From NCBI GenBank assembly GCA_022841325.1, contig JALHRS010000020.1, positions 2,541 to 66,540 on the forward strand: DNA of 64,000 bases, written 5' to 3'. Position numbers and translations under genes: made by a program. The notes under the pieces were generated by a model, which ran no database searches, was not told the DNA's origin, and was given only the letters and a program-made list of their open reading frames with translations. The stretch is from Lysobacterales bacterium. Lineage in GTDB: Bacteria; Pseudomonadota; Gammaproteobacteria; Xanthomonadales; SZUA-5. Positions 30,220-38,362 of this stretch are shown piece by piece; position 1 is the stretch's first letter; every line of letters starts with the position of its first letter.

Positions 30220-30542
30220 TGACGGGGCAGGGGAGACGGGGCAGGGGGCACGGGAAGATGCGAGGGCGGTTGTGGGTCGAGGCTAGTGTGGACCTACGCG
30301 AGTGCGCTGGCGTAGGCCGGGTCCTTCGAGTGCGAAGGCTTTGATCGAGCCCCGGTCCACACACGCGAGGCGCCCGGCGGCCTTGGTTGGCCCGCCATGA
30401 CGCCGGCTGTTGTGGGTCCAGACTTGTCTGGACGCTTTTCTCGCTCACCGCGGAGAGCGTCCAGACAAGTCTGGACCTACAAGAGCCCGAAGTCCTTAGC
30501 CTTTCCCGTGCCCCGTGCCCCGTGCCCCGTGCCCCGTGCCCC
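30220..30542. repeat. Composite heptamer/palindrome element, copy A (degenerate GGGGCAS run, GGTCCAGACTTGTCTGGACGC / GCGTCCAGACAAGTCTGGACC pair, (GTGCCCC)x5)
   Basis: Read directly. Same architecture as 35547-35964 in the opposite orientation. Fills the spacer between the convergent stops at 30219 and 30546. Confidence 0.9.
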
Positions 30543-30545
30543 GTT

Positions 30546-31625
30546 TCACCGCCGCAATCGCGCCGGCGCCAGTCGTTCCGCTGCCGGTGTGGCCAGCAGG
30601 CGGTCGAGTGTGGCCAGGACCTCGTCGATCTCGATCAGGTCCATGACGCCGGGATACTCGATGCGGGTGCTCCAGCGCACCTGCTCCAGCTCCTGCCCGA
30701 GCTTGGCCCGCGCCACCTCGGGGAAGCGGTTCACGCACCACTGCAGGCTGCGATAGGGGCCGCTGCGGCGCGGATCGGTGGCGGCGTGCAAACCGATGAC
30801 CGGAACGCCGAGGGCACTGGCCAGGTGTGCTGGCCCGGAATCGGGCGAGACCACGGCGCTCATTCGCGACAGCAGCGCCAGCATCTGTTTCAGGGTGTCC
30901 TTGCCGACCAGATCGACACAATCGGCGTCCGGGGCCAGCCCGAGGATGGCGTCGGCCATCTGCCGCTCGCTGTCGCTGCGGCCACCGAGCAGCACTACCC
31001 GCATGCCATGGCGTTTGTGCGCGTGTCGGGCGAGTTCGGCATAGCCCTGCGGCGACCAGCTGCGCAGGGCGTGACTGGAGCAGGCGCTGATGCCCAGCAG
31101 CGGCGCATCCGCGGGCAGGCAGGATTCGGCAAAGGCCTGAGCCTCGTCGGGAATGACCAGCGGCCAGTGCAGCTGGTCGACCCGCACGCCCAGCGGTTCG
31201 CCAAAGCGACAGAGCGTCTCCAGTACATGGCTGTAGCCGTGATCGGCGATGCGTTCGTTGATGAACAGGCTGTGTCCCTCGCGCGAACGCAGGCGGTCGT
31301 AGCCGATGCGACGACGGGCGCGCAGGCCACGGCCGAGCACGTTGGCACGCAGCGCCAGCTGCATCATCAGCAAGGCGTCAAAAGTCTGTCCGCGCTGACT
31401 GCGCCACAGCGCGCGCATGCCGGCAAGGCCATCGCGCTTGCGATACGGCAGCAGGCGCACACCTTCGGTGCCGGCCAGCAGCTGGGCCTCGCCGGCGCCC
31501 AGGACCCAGCTGAGCTGATCCTGCGGCCGCTGCTGGCGCCAGGCGTGCACCAGGGGCAGCACATGGCTGACATCGCCCAGGGCGGACAGGCGCAAGATGC
31601 AGACCGATAGCGATGGCGAGTTCAC
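30546..31625 (-). CDS. Glycosyltransferase family 9 (LPS heptosyltransferase-like)
   Basis: ILRLSALGDVSHVLPLV N-terminal motif and DSGPAHLASALGVPVIGL C-terminal motif. GTG 31625 preferred (ORF opens at 31721, which would overlap kdkA). Confidence 0.8.
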   Translation of the reverse strand: MNSPSLSVCILRLSALGDVSHVLPLVHAWRQQRPQDQLSWVLGAGEAQLLAGTEGVRLLPYRKRDGLAGMRALWRSQRGQTFDALLMMQLALRANVLGRGLRARRRIGYDRLRSREGHSLFINERIADHGYSHVLETLCRFGEPLGVRVDQLHWPLVIPDEAQAFAESCLPADAPLLGISACSSHALRSWSPQGYAELARHAHKRHGMRVVLLGGRSDSERQMADAILGLAPDADCVDLVGKDTLKQMLALLSRMSAVVSPDSGPAHLASALGVPVIGLHAATDPRRSGPYRSLQWCVNRFPEVARAKLGQELEQVRWSTRIEYPGVMDLIEIDEVLATLDRLLATPAAERLAPARLRR

Positions 31626-31670
31626 GGCTATGCTTGGGCAGAGGATGGAGGGGAGAGTGCAAGAACCATC

Positions 31671-32408
31671 GTGAGCGAGTTGCCCTGTCAGACACAAGTC
31701 TGGACCGACGGCGATCTGCACATCGTCTACGATGCGGCGTGCCTGTCGCTGCCGACCAGTGACTGGTTTCTAGCAGATAGCTGGCCGCAGCGCAGCCTGC
31801 TTGCGGCCGGCAGGGGCAAGACCTGGGCCATCGAGGGACCTTTCGGAGCCGCCGTGCTGCGCCACTATCGTCGTGGTGGGGCACTGGCGCGGCTGCTCAG
31901 GGATCAGTATCTGTGGACGGGTCTGGAGGCCAGCCGGCCGCTGCGCGAATTTCGCCTGCTGGCCTCGGCCCTGAATGACGGATTGCCGGTGCCGCGGCCT
32001 CTGGCGGCGCGGATCGTGCGCGCGGGGGGCTTCTATTCGGGCGATCTGATCATGTCCCGCATCGCCGATGCCTGCGCACTGTCCACCCGTTTGGCGGAGC
32101 CCGGATCCTGGTCTGAACTCGACTGGAGCGCACTTGGCGAGGTCCTCGGGCGGGTGCATGCACTCGGCTACCAGCATGCCGATCTGAATGCCCACAACAT
32201 CCTGATCGATACTGCTGGCCGCTATTGGCTGATCGACTGGGATCGCGGCGTGCGCCGGCGCCCGGGGGAATGGCAGGCGCGGGTGCTGCAGCGTCTGCAG
32301 CGTTCCCTGCGCAAGCTGTATGCCGAGCGCGTCGACCAGGCCGATGCACGGCAGGCCTGGCAAAGGCTGCTGGATGCGCATGCGCGATCTGCGTCAGGGA
32401 CCCTCTGA
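31671..32408 (+). CDS. kdkA: 3-deoxy-D-manno-octulosonic acid (Kdo) kinase
   Basis: LRHYRRGG and HADLNAHNILID..WLIDWDRG motifs. Divergent from the GT9 gene. Confidence 0.8.
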   Translation: MSELPCQTQVWTDGDLHIVYDAACLSLPTSDWFLADSWPQRSLLAAGRGKTWAIEGPFGAAVLRHYRRGGALARLLRDQYLWTGLEASRPLREFRLLASALNDGLPVPRPLAARIVRAGGFYSGDLIMSRIADACALSTRLAEPGSWSELDWSALGEVLGRVHALGYQHADLNAHNILIDTAGRYWLIDWDRGVRRRPGEWQARVLQRLQRSLRKLYAERVDQADARQAWQRLLDAHARSASGTL

Positions 32409-32536
32409 ACAAGTGAGTCAAGATGGCCTGCCGCTAGACGCAGTCCGAAGGTCGTAGCCCATACTACGAAGCCGAGGACTGCAACGACGCGGTAGGCGAT
32501 CTTGGCCGCCGTCGCGGCCACGAAACTTGTTCAGAG
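32403..32536 (+). other. 134-nt multi-helix structured element closed by a perfect 12-bp stem
   Basis: CTCTGAACAAGT (32403-14) pairs with ACTTGTTCAGAG (32525-36). Nested helices: GCCTGCCGC/GCGGTAGGC (32426-34/32489-97, one G-U), hairpin TCGTAG-CCCATA-CTACGA (32452-69), hairpin TGGCCGC-CGTC-GCGGCCA (32503-20). Confidence 0.5.
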
Positions 32537-32554
32537 GATCGCTAACGTCCGCCC

Positions 32555-33343
32555 ATGCATAACCCTGACGTGTTTTCCTTCCGGTTTCTGGGTGTGGGCA
32601 GTGCCCAGGCGGCAGCCCTGGGCAGTTCCTGCGGCGTGCTCGAGCGCGCCGGTGTGCCGCTGCTGCTGATCGATATCGGCGTCGGTGCGCTGGATCGCTA
32701 CGCCCAGGTCTACAGCGATCCGCCAGCGGCGGTGTTCATCACCCATGCCCACCTCGATCACATCGGCGATCTCGAGCACTGGTTCTATCGCCTGGCCTTC
32801 AGGGCAAACCCGGGTCTGCCCAAACTGTTCGTGCCGGCGGCTGTTGTTCCGCTGCTGCAGCGTCGGGTGGCCGATTTCCCCAACTGGGTGGCAGAAGGTG
32901 GACGCAATTTCTGGGACATGTTCCAGTTGATCCCGGTCAGCGACTACTTCTGGCACGCCGGATTACGCTTCGCCGTCTTCCCGGTGCGTCACCATGCGCC
33001 CGAGAGTGCCTTTGGACTGGCCCTGCGCGGCAGCTTTCTCTACACCGGCGATACCCGCCCCATTCCAGAGTGGCTGCAGAAACATGCCCGCGAGGAGGAA
33101 CGCATCTTTCACGACTGCACCACCGAATCGAATCCCTCGCATACCGGGCTCGACGATCTGGAGCGCGAGTACGGAGCGGCTGTGCGCTCGCGCCTGGTGC
33201 TCTATCACTACGCCGACGATGAGGCGGCCGCGGCCATGCGGGTGCTAGGCTACGAGGTTGCAAGCTCTGGAGCCGTATACCCGTTGGCCAATCCAAACGA
33301 AGAAAGCACCGTGGAGCATTGGGCCGCCTGGAGTCAGTCGTGA
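32555..33343 (+). CDS. MBL-fold metallo-hydrolase
   Basis: FITHAHLDHIGD (HxHxDH) motif. Its stop overlaps the moaA start (GTGA). Confidence 0.8.
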   Translation: MHNPDVFSFRFLGVGSAQAAALGSSCGVLERAGVPLLLIDIGVGALDRYAQVYSDPPAAVFITHAHLDHIGDLEHWFYRLAFRANPGLPKLFVPAAVVPLLQRRVADFPNWVAEGGRNFWDMFQLIPVSDYFWHAGLRFAVFPVRHHAPESAFGLALRGSFLYTGDTRPIPEWLQKHAREEERIFHDCTTESNPSHTGLDDLEREYGAAVRSRLVLYHYADDEAAAAMRVLGYEVASSGAVYPLANPNEESTVEHWAAWSQS

Positions 33344-34383
33344 GCGCGGTGGCCGTACCCAGCGCCGAACACGCGGCGCTGGTCGACCGGCTGGCGCGGC
33401 CATTGCAGGATCTGCGAATCTCGGTCATCGACCGCTGCAACTTCCGCTGTCCCTACTGCATGCCTGAAGAACGCTACCCACGCGATCATGCCTTCATGGC
33501 GGCGGCGCAGCGGCTCAAGCCTGAGGAGATCGAGCGTCTGGCGCGATTGTTCGTGGGTCTGGGTGTGCGCAAATTGCGGCTCACCGGCGGTGAGCCGCTG
33601 TTGCGCCGTGACCTGCCCGAGATCATCTCGCGGCTGGCGGCCCTGCCGGGTGCGCCGGATCTGGCGCTGACCAGCAATGGCGTGCTGCTGACCCGCGATG
33701 CTGCAGCGCTGGCTGCGGCTGGCCTGCAGCGCATCACCATCAGTCTGGACGCGCTCGATCCGCAGATCTTCGCCGCCATGAGTGGTGGTCGCGGTCGGGT
33801 TGAGGATGTACTCGGTGGCCTCAGGCACGCGGCGGCAGCGGGCTTGTCGCCGATCAAGATCAACTGTGTGGTGCAGCGCGGCATCAACGAGACCGAAGTC
33901 ATGCCGCTGGTGGAACATTTCCGCGGCAGTGGCCAGATCGTGCGCTTCATCGAGTACATGGATGTCGGCACCTGCAATCGCTGGCAGGCCTCGGCGGTGG
34001 TGCCTTCGCGCGAGCTGCTGGCGCAGATTCATGCACGGTATCCGCTGGAGCCGGTGGATCCGGCCTACCGGGGCGAGGTTGCCGAGCGCTATCGTTTTCT
34101 CGATGGTGCCGGCGAGATCGGCTTCATCTCCTCGGTCAGCCAGCCCTTCTGCGGCCACTGCACCCGGGCGCGCGTATCCGCCGATGGGCGTTTGTACACC
34201 TGTTTGTTTGCCCGTGAGGGTCAGGATCTGCGTGCCCTGATCCGCGGTGATCAGGGCGATGGCGCGGTCGAGGCGATGATCGAGGCGATCTGGCGCAAGC
34301 GCCAGGATCGCTACAGTGAACAGCGCCAGCAGGCGCAACCGACCCGCGAGGGGCGCGTGGAAATGTACAGGATCGGCGGATGA
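33340..34383 (+). CDS. moaA: GTP 3',8-cyclase (molybdenum cofactor biosynthesis protein A)
   Basis: Radical-SAM CNFRCPYC, C-terminal CGHCTRARVSADG cluster, GG tail. Confidence 0.95.
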   Translation: MSAVAVPSAEHAALVDRLARPLQDLRISVIDRCNFRCPYCMPEERYPRDHAFMAAAQRLKPEEIERLARLFVGLGVRKLRLTGGEPLLRRDLPEIISRLAALPGAPDLALTSNGVLLTRDAAALAAAGLQRITISLDALDPQIFAAMSGGRGRVEDVLGGLRHAAAAGLSPIKINCVVQRGINETEVMPLVEHFRGSGQIVRFIEYMDVGTCNRWQASAVVPSRELLAQIHARYPLEPVDPAYRGEVAERYRFLDGAGEIGFISSVSQPFCGHCTRARVSADGRLYTCLFAREGQDLRALIRGDQGDGAVEAMIEAIWRKRQDRYSEQRQQAQPTREGRVEMYRIGG

Positions 34384-34865
34384 GTCTGACCCATGTGGAT
34401 GAGCGCGGAAGGCCGCGCATGGTCGATGTCGGTGCCAAGGCCGTGAGCGCCCGGATGGCGCGGGCCGAGGCCGAGATCGTGTTTCCGCCGGACATCGACA
34501 GCCAGCTGCGTGCGCAGGGCTTCCACGTGGCCAAGGGGCCGGTGCTGGCGACGGCGATCATCGCCGGGGTCATGGGCGCCAAGCGCACCTCCGAACTCAT
34601 CCCCTTCTGCCATCCGCTGTCGCTGGAAGATTGCGCCATCGAGATCGAACCGGGTGAGCAGGGCTGCTGGCGCGTGCTCTGCAGTGTCAAGCTCAATGCC
34701 CGCACCGGTGCCGAGATGGAAGCCCTGACCGGCGCTGCGGTGGCGGCGCTGGCGGTCTACGACATGTGCAAGGCGCTTTCGCCCGAGATCGAAATCCGGC
34801 GGTTGCGGCTGGTCGAGAAGCGCGGCGGCAAGCGCGACTATCTGCGCGCGGAGCAGGGTGGCTGA
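34380..34865 (+). CDS. moaC: Cyclic pyranopterin monophosphate synthase MoaC
   Basis: LTHVDERGRPRMVDV and KRTSELIPFCHPL motifs. ATGA overlap with moaA. Confidence 0.95.
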   Translation: MSLTHVDERGRPRMVDVGAKAVSARMARAEAEIVFPPDIDSQLRAQGFHVAKGPVLATAIIAGVMGAKRTSELIPFCHPLSLEDCAIEIEPGEQGCWRVLCSVKLNARTGAEMEALTGAAVAALAVYDMCKALSPEIEIRRLRLVEKRGGKRDYLRAEQGG

Positions 34866-35104
34866 TGCGGATCAGCGTGCTCTATTTCGCTGGTTTGCGC
34901 GCAGCCGCCGGGGTGGCCAGCGAAGAGCTGCAGTCCGATGCCGCGTCCTTGACCGCACTCTACGAGGAATTGCGGGCCCGCCACGGCTGGTCCTTTGCGC
35001 AGACATCGCTGCGGGTGGCGGTCAACGATGAGTTGGTGCCGTGGACCAGAGCCGTGCAGGAAGGTGATGTCATTGCCTTTCTGCCGCCGTTTTCCGGAGG
35101 TTGA
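34865..35104 (+). CDS. moaD: Molybdopterin synthase sulfur-carrier subunit MoaD
   Basis: 79-aa ubiquitin-like ORF ending in ...PPFSGG. Start overlaps the moaC stop. Confidence 0.85.
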   Translation: MRISVLYFAGLRAAAGVASEELQSDAASLTALYEELRARHGWSFAQTSLRVAVNDELVPWTRAVQEGDVIAFLPPFSGG

Positions 35105-35529
35105 GGGTGGCTGCACTGTTCGAACTGTCGACCGAGGCGCTGGATCCTGACGCGCTGCGCCGGCGCATCGAGGACCTCGGCTGTGGCGCGGTCGTCCTGT
35201 TCGAGGGCCGGGTGCGCGATCGCAATCGCGAGAGGCCGGTCGAGCGCATTGTTTACGAGGCCTTCGCCGCGGTGGCTCTGGCCGAGGGCAAGGCGGTGGT
35301 AGCACAAATGCAGTCAGCGCACGCCCTGAGCGAAGTGCTGGTGGTGCATCGCACCGGCGAGGTCGGGCTGGGAGAACTCGCTGTGTGGGTCGGCGTCAGC
35401 GCACCGCATCGCGACGCCGCCTTCGCCGGCTGCGCCGCCACCATCAGCGCCATCAAGGCCCGGGTGCCGATCTGGAAGCACGAGCATTACCGTGACGGCG
35501 GGCCGGAGTGGCTGCATCCGCTGCCGTAG
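35101..35529 (+). CDS. moaE: Molybdopterin synthase catalytic subunit MoaE
   Basis: GAVVLFEGRVRD and PIWKHE motifs. Start is TTG 35101 or GTG 35107. Confidence 0.9.
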   Translation: MRVAALFELSTEALDPDALRRRIEDLGCGAVVLFEGRVRDRNRERPVERIVYEAFAAVALAEGKAVVAQMQSAHALSEVLVVHRTGEVGLGELAVWVGVSAPHRDAAFAGCAATISAIKARVPIWKHEHYRDGGPEWLHPLP

Positions 35530-35546
35530 CGGCAGGGGGCGTTTCT

Positions 35547-35964
35547 GGTTGTCGGTTGTCGGTTGTTGGTTGTTGGTTGTTGGTTGTCGGGGCACGGGGC
35601 ACGGGGCACGGGGCACGGGGCACGGGGCACGGGGAAAGGCTACGAGCTTCGGGCTCTTGTAGGTCCAGACTTGTCTGGACGCTTCTCCAGCCGGAAGGCC
35701 AAGGGTGCCGCGCAGCGGCTCCCCGGCGCTTCTGCGTCCTGTGCGTGCCGGTGAACGCGCCTGCGGCGCGCACCCTCGGCATCTACGCGCTGCACCGGCA
35801 ACCAACAACCGACAACCAGAAACCACCCCCCCGCCCCGAAACAGGAGCGTCCAGACAAGTCTGGACCCACAAGAGCCCTCGCATCTTCCCGTGCCTCGTG
35901 CCCCGTGCCCCGTGCCCCGTGCCCCGTGCCCCGTGCCCCGTGCCCCGTGCCCCAACAACCAACA
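35547..35964. repeat. Composite heptamer/palindrome element, copy B: (GGTTGTY)x6 (GGGGCAC)x6 - linker - GGTCCAGACTTGTCTGGACGC ... GCGTCCAGACAAGTCTGGACC - linker - (GTGCCYC)x9 - AACAACCAACAG
   Basis: Unit boundaries counted by hand: 35547-35588, 35589-35630, 35662-35682, 35799-35819 (three CAACCRR units), 35847-35867, 35891-35953. Confidence 0.92.
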
Positions 35965-35970
35965 GCGCCC

Positions 35971-36000
35971 TTGAGCCCACCCCTGCCGCTCAGCTATGAT
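35971..36000 (+). promoter_or_regulatory. Candidate sigma70 promoter (TTGAGC-N18-TATGAT) for tRNA-Ser(GGA)/ffs
   Basis: Hexamers read directly, 55 nt upstream of the tRNA. Confidence 0.4.
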
Positions 36001-36054
36001 CGCTGGCTCGCTGGGGTGAGCCCGATTGGGGTGAGCCGGGCGAGAGTCGGAAGT

Positions 36055-36147
36055 GGAGAGATGTCCGAGCGGTTGAAGGAGCACGCCTGGAAAGTGTGTA
36101 AACGGCTAAACCCCGTTTCGAGGGTTCGAATCCCTCTCTCTCCGCCA
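36055..36147 (+). tRNA. tRNA-Ser (anticodon GGA)
   Basis: Acceptor GGAGAGA/TCTCTCC, anticodon loop CTGGAAA, long variable arm, encoded CCA. Confidence 0.95.
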
Positions 36148-36191
36148 CTTCCCACTCCGGGTGTCGGCACATCGATACCTTCAGTTTCTGC

Positions 36192-36307
36192 GGTGGTCCC
36201 TGTCGGTCCCCCCGCGTCGCAAGGCCGTCAACCCCGCCAGGCCCGGAAGGGAGCAACGGTCGCGGTTCGAGCGGGCGCCGGGGTGTGGCTGGCAGGGATC
36301 ACCACCC
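36192..36307 (+). ncRNA. ffs: Signal recognition particle RNA (4.5S, small bacterial type)
   Basis: CCAGGCCCGGAAGGGAGCAAC matches the domain IV GGAA-tetraloop region. The 3' end GCTGGCAGGGATCACCACCC parallels the E. coli 4.5S 3' end and pairs with GGTGGTCCCTG at the 5' end. Lies immediately upstream of dnaX, as in many bacteria. Ends approximate. Confidence 0.8.
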
Positions 36308-36346
36308 CTGAGCGATCATGACCCCTCGATCCTCTGGAATTCCCCA

Positions 36347-37996
36347 ATGAGCTATCTGGTTCTGGCGCGCAAATGGCGTCCCCGCCGTTTTTCCGAACTG
36401 GTCGGACAGCAGCACGTCGTGCGCGCGCTGGTCAACGGGATCGAGTCCGGTCGCCTGCATCACGCCTTCCTGTTCACCGGCACCCGTGGTGTCGGCAAGA
36501 CCACCATCGCCCGCATTCTGGCCAAGGCCCTGAACTGCGAGACCGGTGTCAGCGCCGAGCCCTGTGGTGAGTGCTCTTCGTGCAAGGACATCGATGCCGG
36601 TCGCTTTGTCGATCTGCTGGAGATCGATGCGGCCTCGCGCACCAAGGTCGACGACACCCGCGAGCTGCTCGACAACGTCATCTATGCGCCGAGCCGTGGT
36701 CGCTACAAGGTCTATCTGATCGACGAAGTGCACATGCTTTCGGCGCACAGCTTCAATGCGCTGCTGAAGACCCTGGAAGAGCCGCCGCCGCACGTCAAGT
36801 TCCTGCTGGCCACCACCGATCCGCAGAAGCTGCCGGTCACGGTGTTGTCGCGTTGTCTGCAGTTCAGTCTGAAACGTCTGGAACGGGCCGAGATCGACGG
36901 CCAGATGCGGCGCATTCTCGACGCCGAGGAGCTGAGCTACGAGCTGCCGGCCATCGCTGCGCTGGCGCGTGCCGCCGATGGCAGTCTGCGCGATGGCCTG
37001 AGTCTGCTCGATCAGGCGCTGGCCTTCGGCAGCGGCAGTGTTCGTCACGAGGATGTGCTGGCGATGCTCGGCACCATCGACCGCAAGGCGCTGGCCAATC
37101 TCGGCACCGCCCTGATGCAGGGTGACCGCGCCGCGCTGCGCCTTGAACTGGCGCGCATCGCCGAGCTGTCGGTCGACTACTCCGGTTTGCTGTCGGAACT
37201 GCTGGTGCTCTGGCACGATGTCGCTGCCCGTCAGGTGCTCGGCGATGATGTCGAATCGGAACTGGTCGACGACGACGTTTTGCTGCAACTTGCCGAAGGG
37301 CTGTCTCCGGAAGACACCCAGCTGTTCTATCAGCTGACGCTGCTGGCGCGGCGCGACCTCGATCTGGCGCCGGACCATCGCACCGGATTCGAGATGGCGA
37401 TGCTGCGACTGCTGGCGTTCCGGCCGCTGCCCGGCGGCGATGAACGGCAGCATGCGGGCACACGCGCGCCAACGCAGCAGCAGGCACCCAGATCGCCATC
37501 CGCGTCTGCCCCGGCGCGGCCGGAAGCGGCGCCAAAAGCGATGGCCGCGCCGGTGCGGGCCATGCCGATGGCAACCTCCGCGGCCATACCGGCCAAACCC
37601 GCGGCGCCAGCCTCGGCGGTCGCCGAAGCCTGGTTCGAGCTGCTCGACCGCATCGATCTGCGTGGGCCCTCGCGTGAACTCGCTGGGCGGCTCCGCGCGC
37701 TGGAGCGGGTGGGGCACAGCTGGAAACTGGCGCTGGCGCCATCGCTGGAAAGTCTGAATTCGGAATTCGCCCGCCGTGGCCTGGAAGCTGCGGTGCGCGC
37801 GGCGCTGGGCGCAGAGGCCAGCCTCGACATCCAGCTGCGCGTGGCCGAGGGCGAAACCTGGGCCGAACGCGGCGCCCGTGCCCGCAGCGAGCACATGGCC
37901 GCGGCTGAACAGACCTTGCTGGCAGATCCGGGATTGCAGGCGCTCACCCAGGAGTTCGGTGCGCGCGTGGTGCCGGGCTCACTGCAAGTCGATTGA
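36347..37996 (+). CDS. dnaX: DNA polymerase III subunits gamma/tau
   Basis: MSYLVLARKWRPRRFSELVGQ, Walker A GTRGVGKTT, Zn module CGECSSC, SRC motif. Low-complexity tau linker. Confidence 0.95.
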   Translation: MSYLVLARKWRPRRFSELVGQQHVVRALVNGIESGRLHHAFLFTGTRGVGKTTIARILAKALNCETGVSAEPCGECSSCKDIDAGRFVDLLEIDAASRTKVDDTRELLDNVIYAPSRGRYKVYLIDEVHMLSAHSFNALLKTLEEPPPHVKFLLATTDPQKLPVTVLSRCLQFSLKRLERAEIDGQMRRILDAEELSYELPAIAALARAADGSLRDGLSLLDQALAFGSGSVRHEDVLAMLGTIDRKALANLGTALMQGDRAALRLELARIAELSVDYSGLLSELLVLWHDVAARQVLGDDVESELVDDDVLLQLAEGLSPEDTQLFYQLTLLARRDLDLAPDHRTGFEMAMLRLLAFRPLPGGDERQHAGTRAPTQQQAPRSPSASAPARPEAAPKAMAAPVRAMPMATSAAIPAKPAAPASAVAEAWFELLDRIDLRGPSRELAGRLRALERVGHSWKLALAPSLESLNSEFARRGLEAAVRAALGAEASLDIQLRVAEGETWAERGARARSEHMAAAEQTLLADPGLQALTQEFGARVVPGSLQVD

Positions 37997-38014
37997 ACTA
38001 CGGAGGGCAGAATC

Positions 38015-38350
38015 ATGCGTGGTGGATTGGGAAACATCCTGCAGCAGGCTCAGCGCATGCAGGAAGAATTGCAGGCGCAGATGGAGCAGGCCCAGAAGGA
38101 ACTGCAGACCGCTGAAGTCACCGGTACCTCGGGCGGAGGCATGGTCAGTGTGACCATGAGCGGTCGCCACGAAACCCGGCGGGTACGCATCGATCCGACG
38201 CTGCTGAAGGACGATCCGGAGATGCTGGAAGACCTGATCGCCGCGGCCATCAACGATGCCGTCAACAAGGTCGCCGAGCTCTCGCAGTCGCGCATGGCCA
38301 AGGTCACCGGCGGCATGCAGTTGCCGCCTGGCTTCAAGCTGCCGTTCTGA
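38015..38350 (+). CDS. ybaB: Nucleoid-associated protein YbaB/EbfC
   Basis: 111-aa [23 protein letters not shown] in the conserved dnaX-ybaB-recR order. Confidence 0.93.
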   Translation: MRGGLGNILQQAQRMQEELQAQMEQAQKELQTAEVTGTSGGGMVSVTMSGRHETRRVRIDPTLLKDDPEMLEDLIAAAINDAVNKVAELSQSRMAKVTGGMQLPPGFKLPF

Positions 38351-38362
38351 CCGGCATTTCGC

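Noticed and set aside
32222-32521. 99-aa minus-strand ORF starting with a TM-like segment (IAYRVVAVLGFVVWATTFGL) in the kdkA-MBL spacer.
   Set aside because: Two-thirds of it lies antisense within kdkA, with Arg/Ala-rich shadow composition. There is no RBS, and the spacer is better explained by the nested helices.
32403-32536. Calling the structured element a Moco riboswitch outright.
   Set aside because: The genomic context fits, but the conserved Moco-motif sequence blocks I remember are not evident. It is kept as an unclassified structured element pending cmsearch.
36347-37996. Programmed -1 frameshift site in dnaX (A AAA AAG type), as in E. coli.
   Set aside because: I found no A-rich slippery heptamer in the gene. 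The longest A run I saw is CCAAAAGC near 37530. Gamma-subunit production by frameshifting cannot be supported from sequence.
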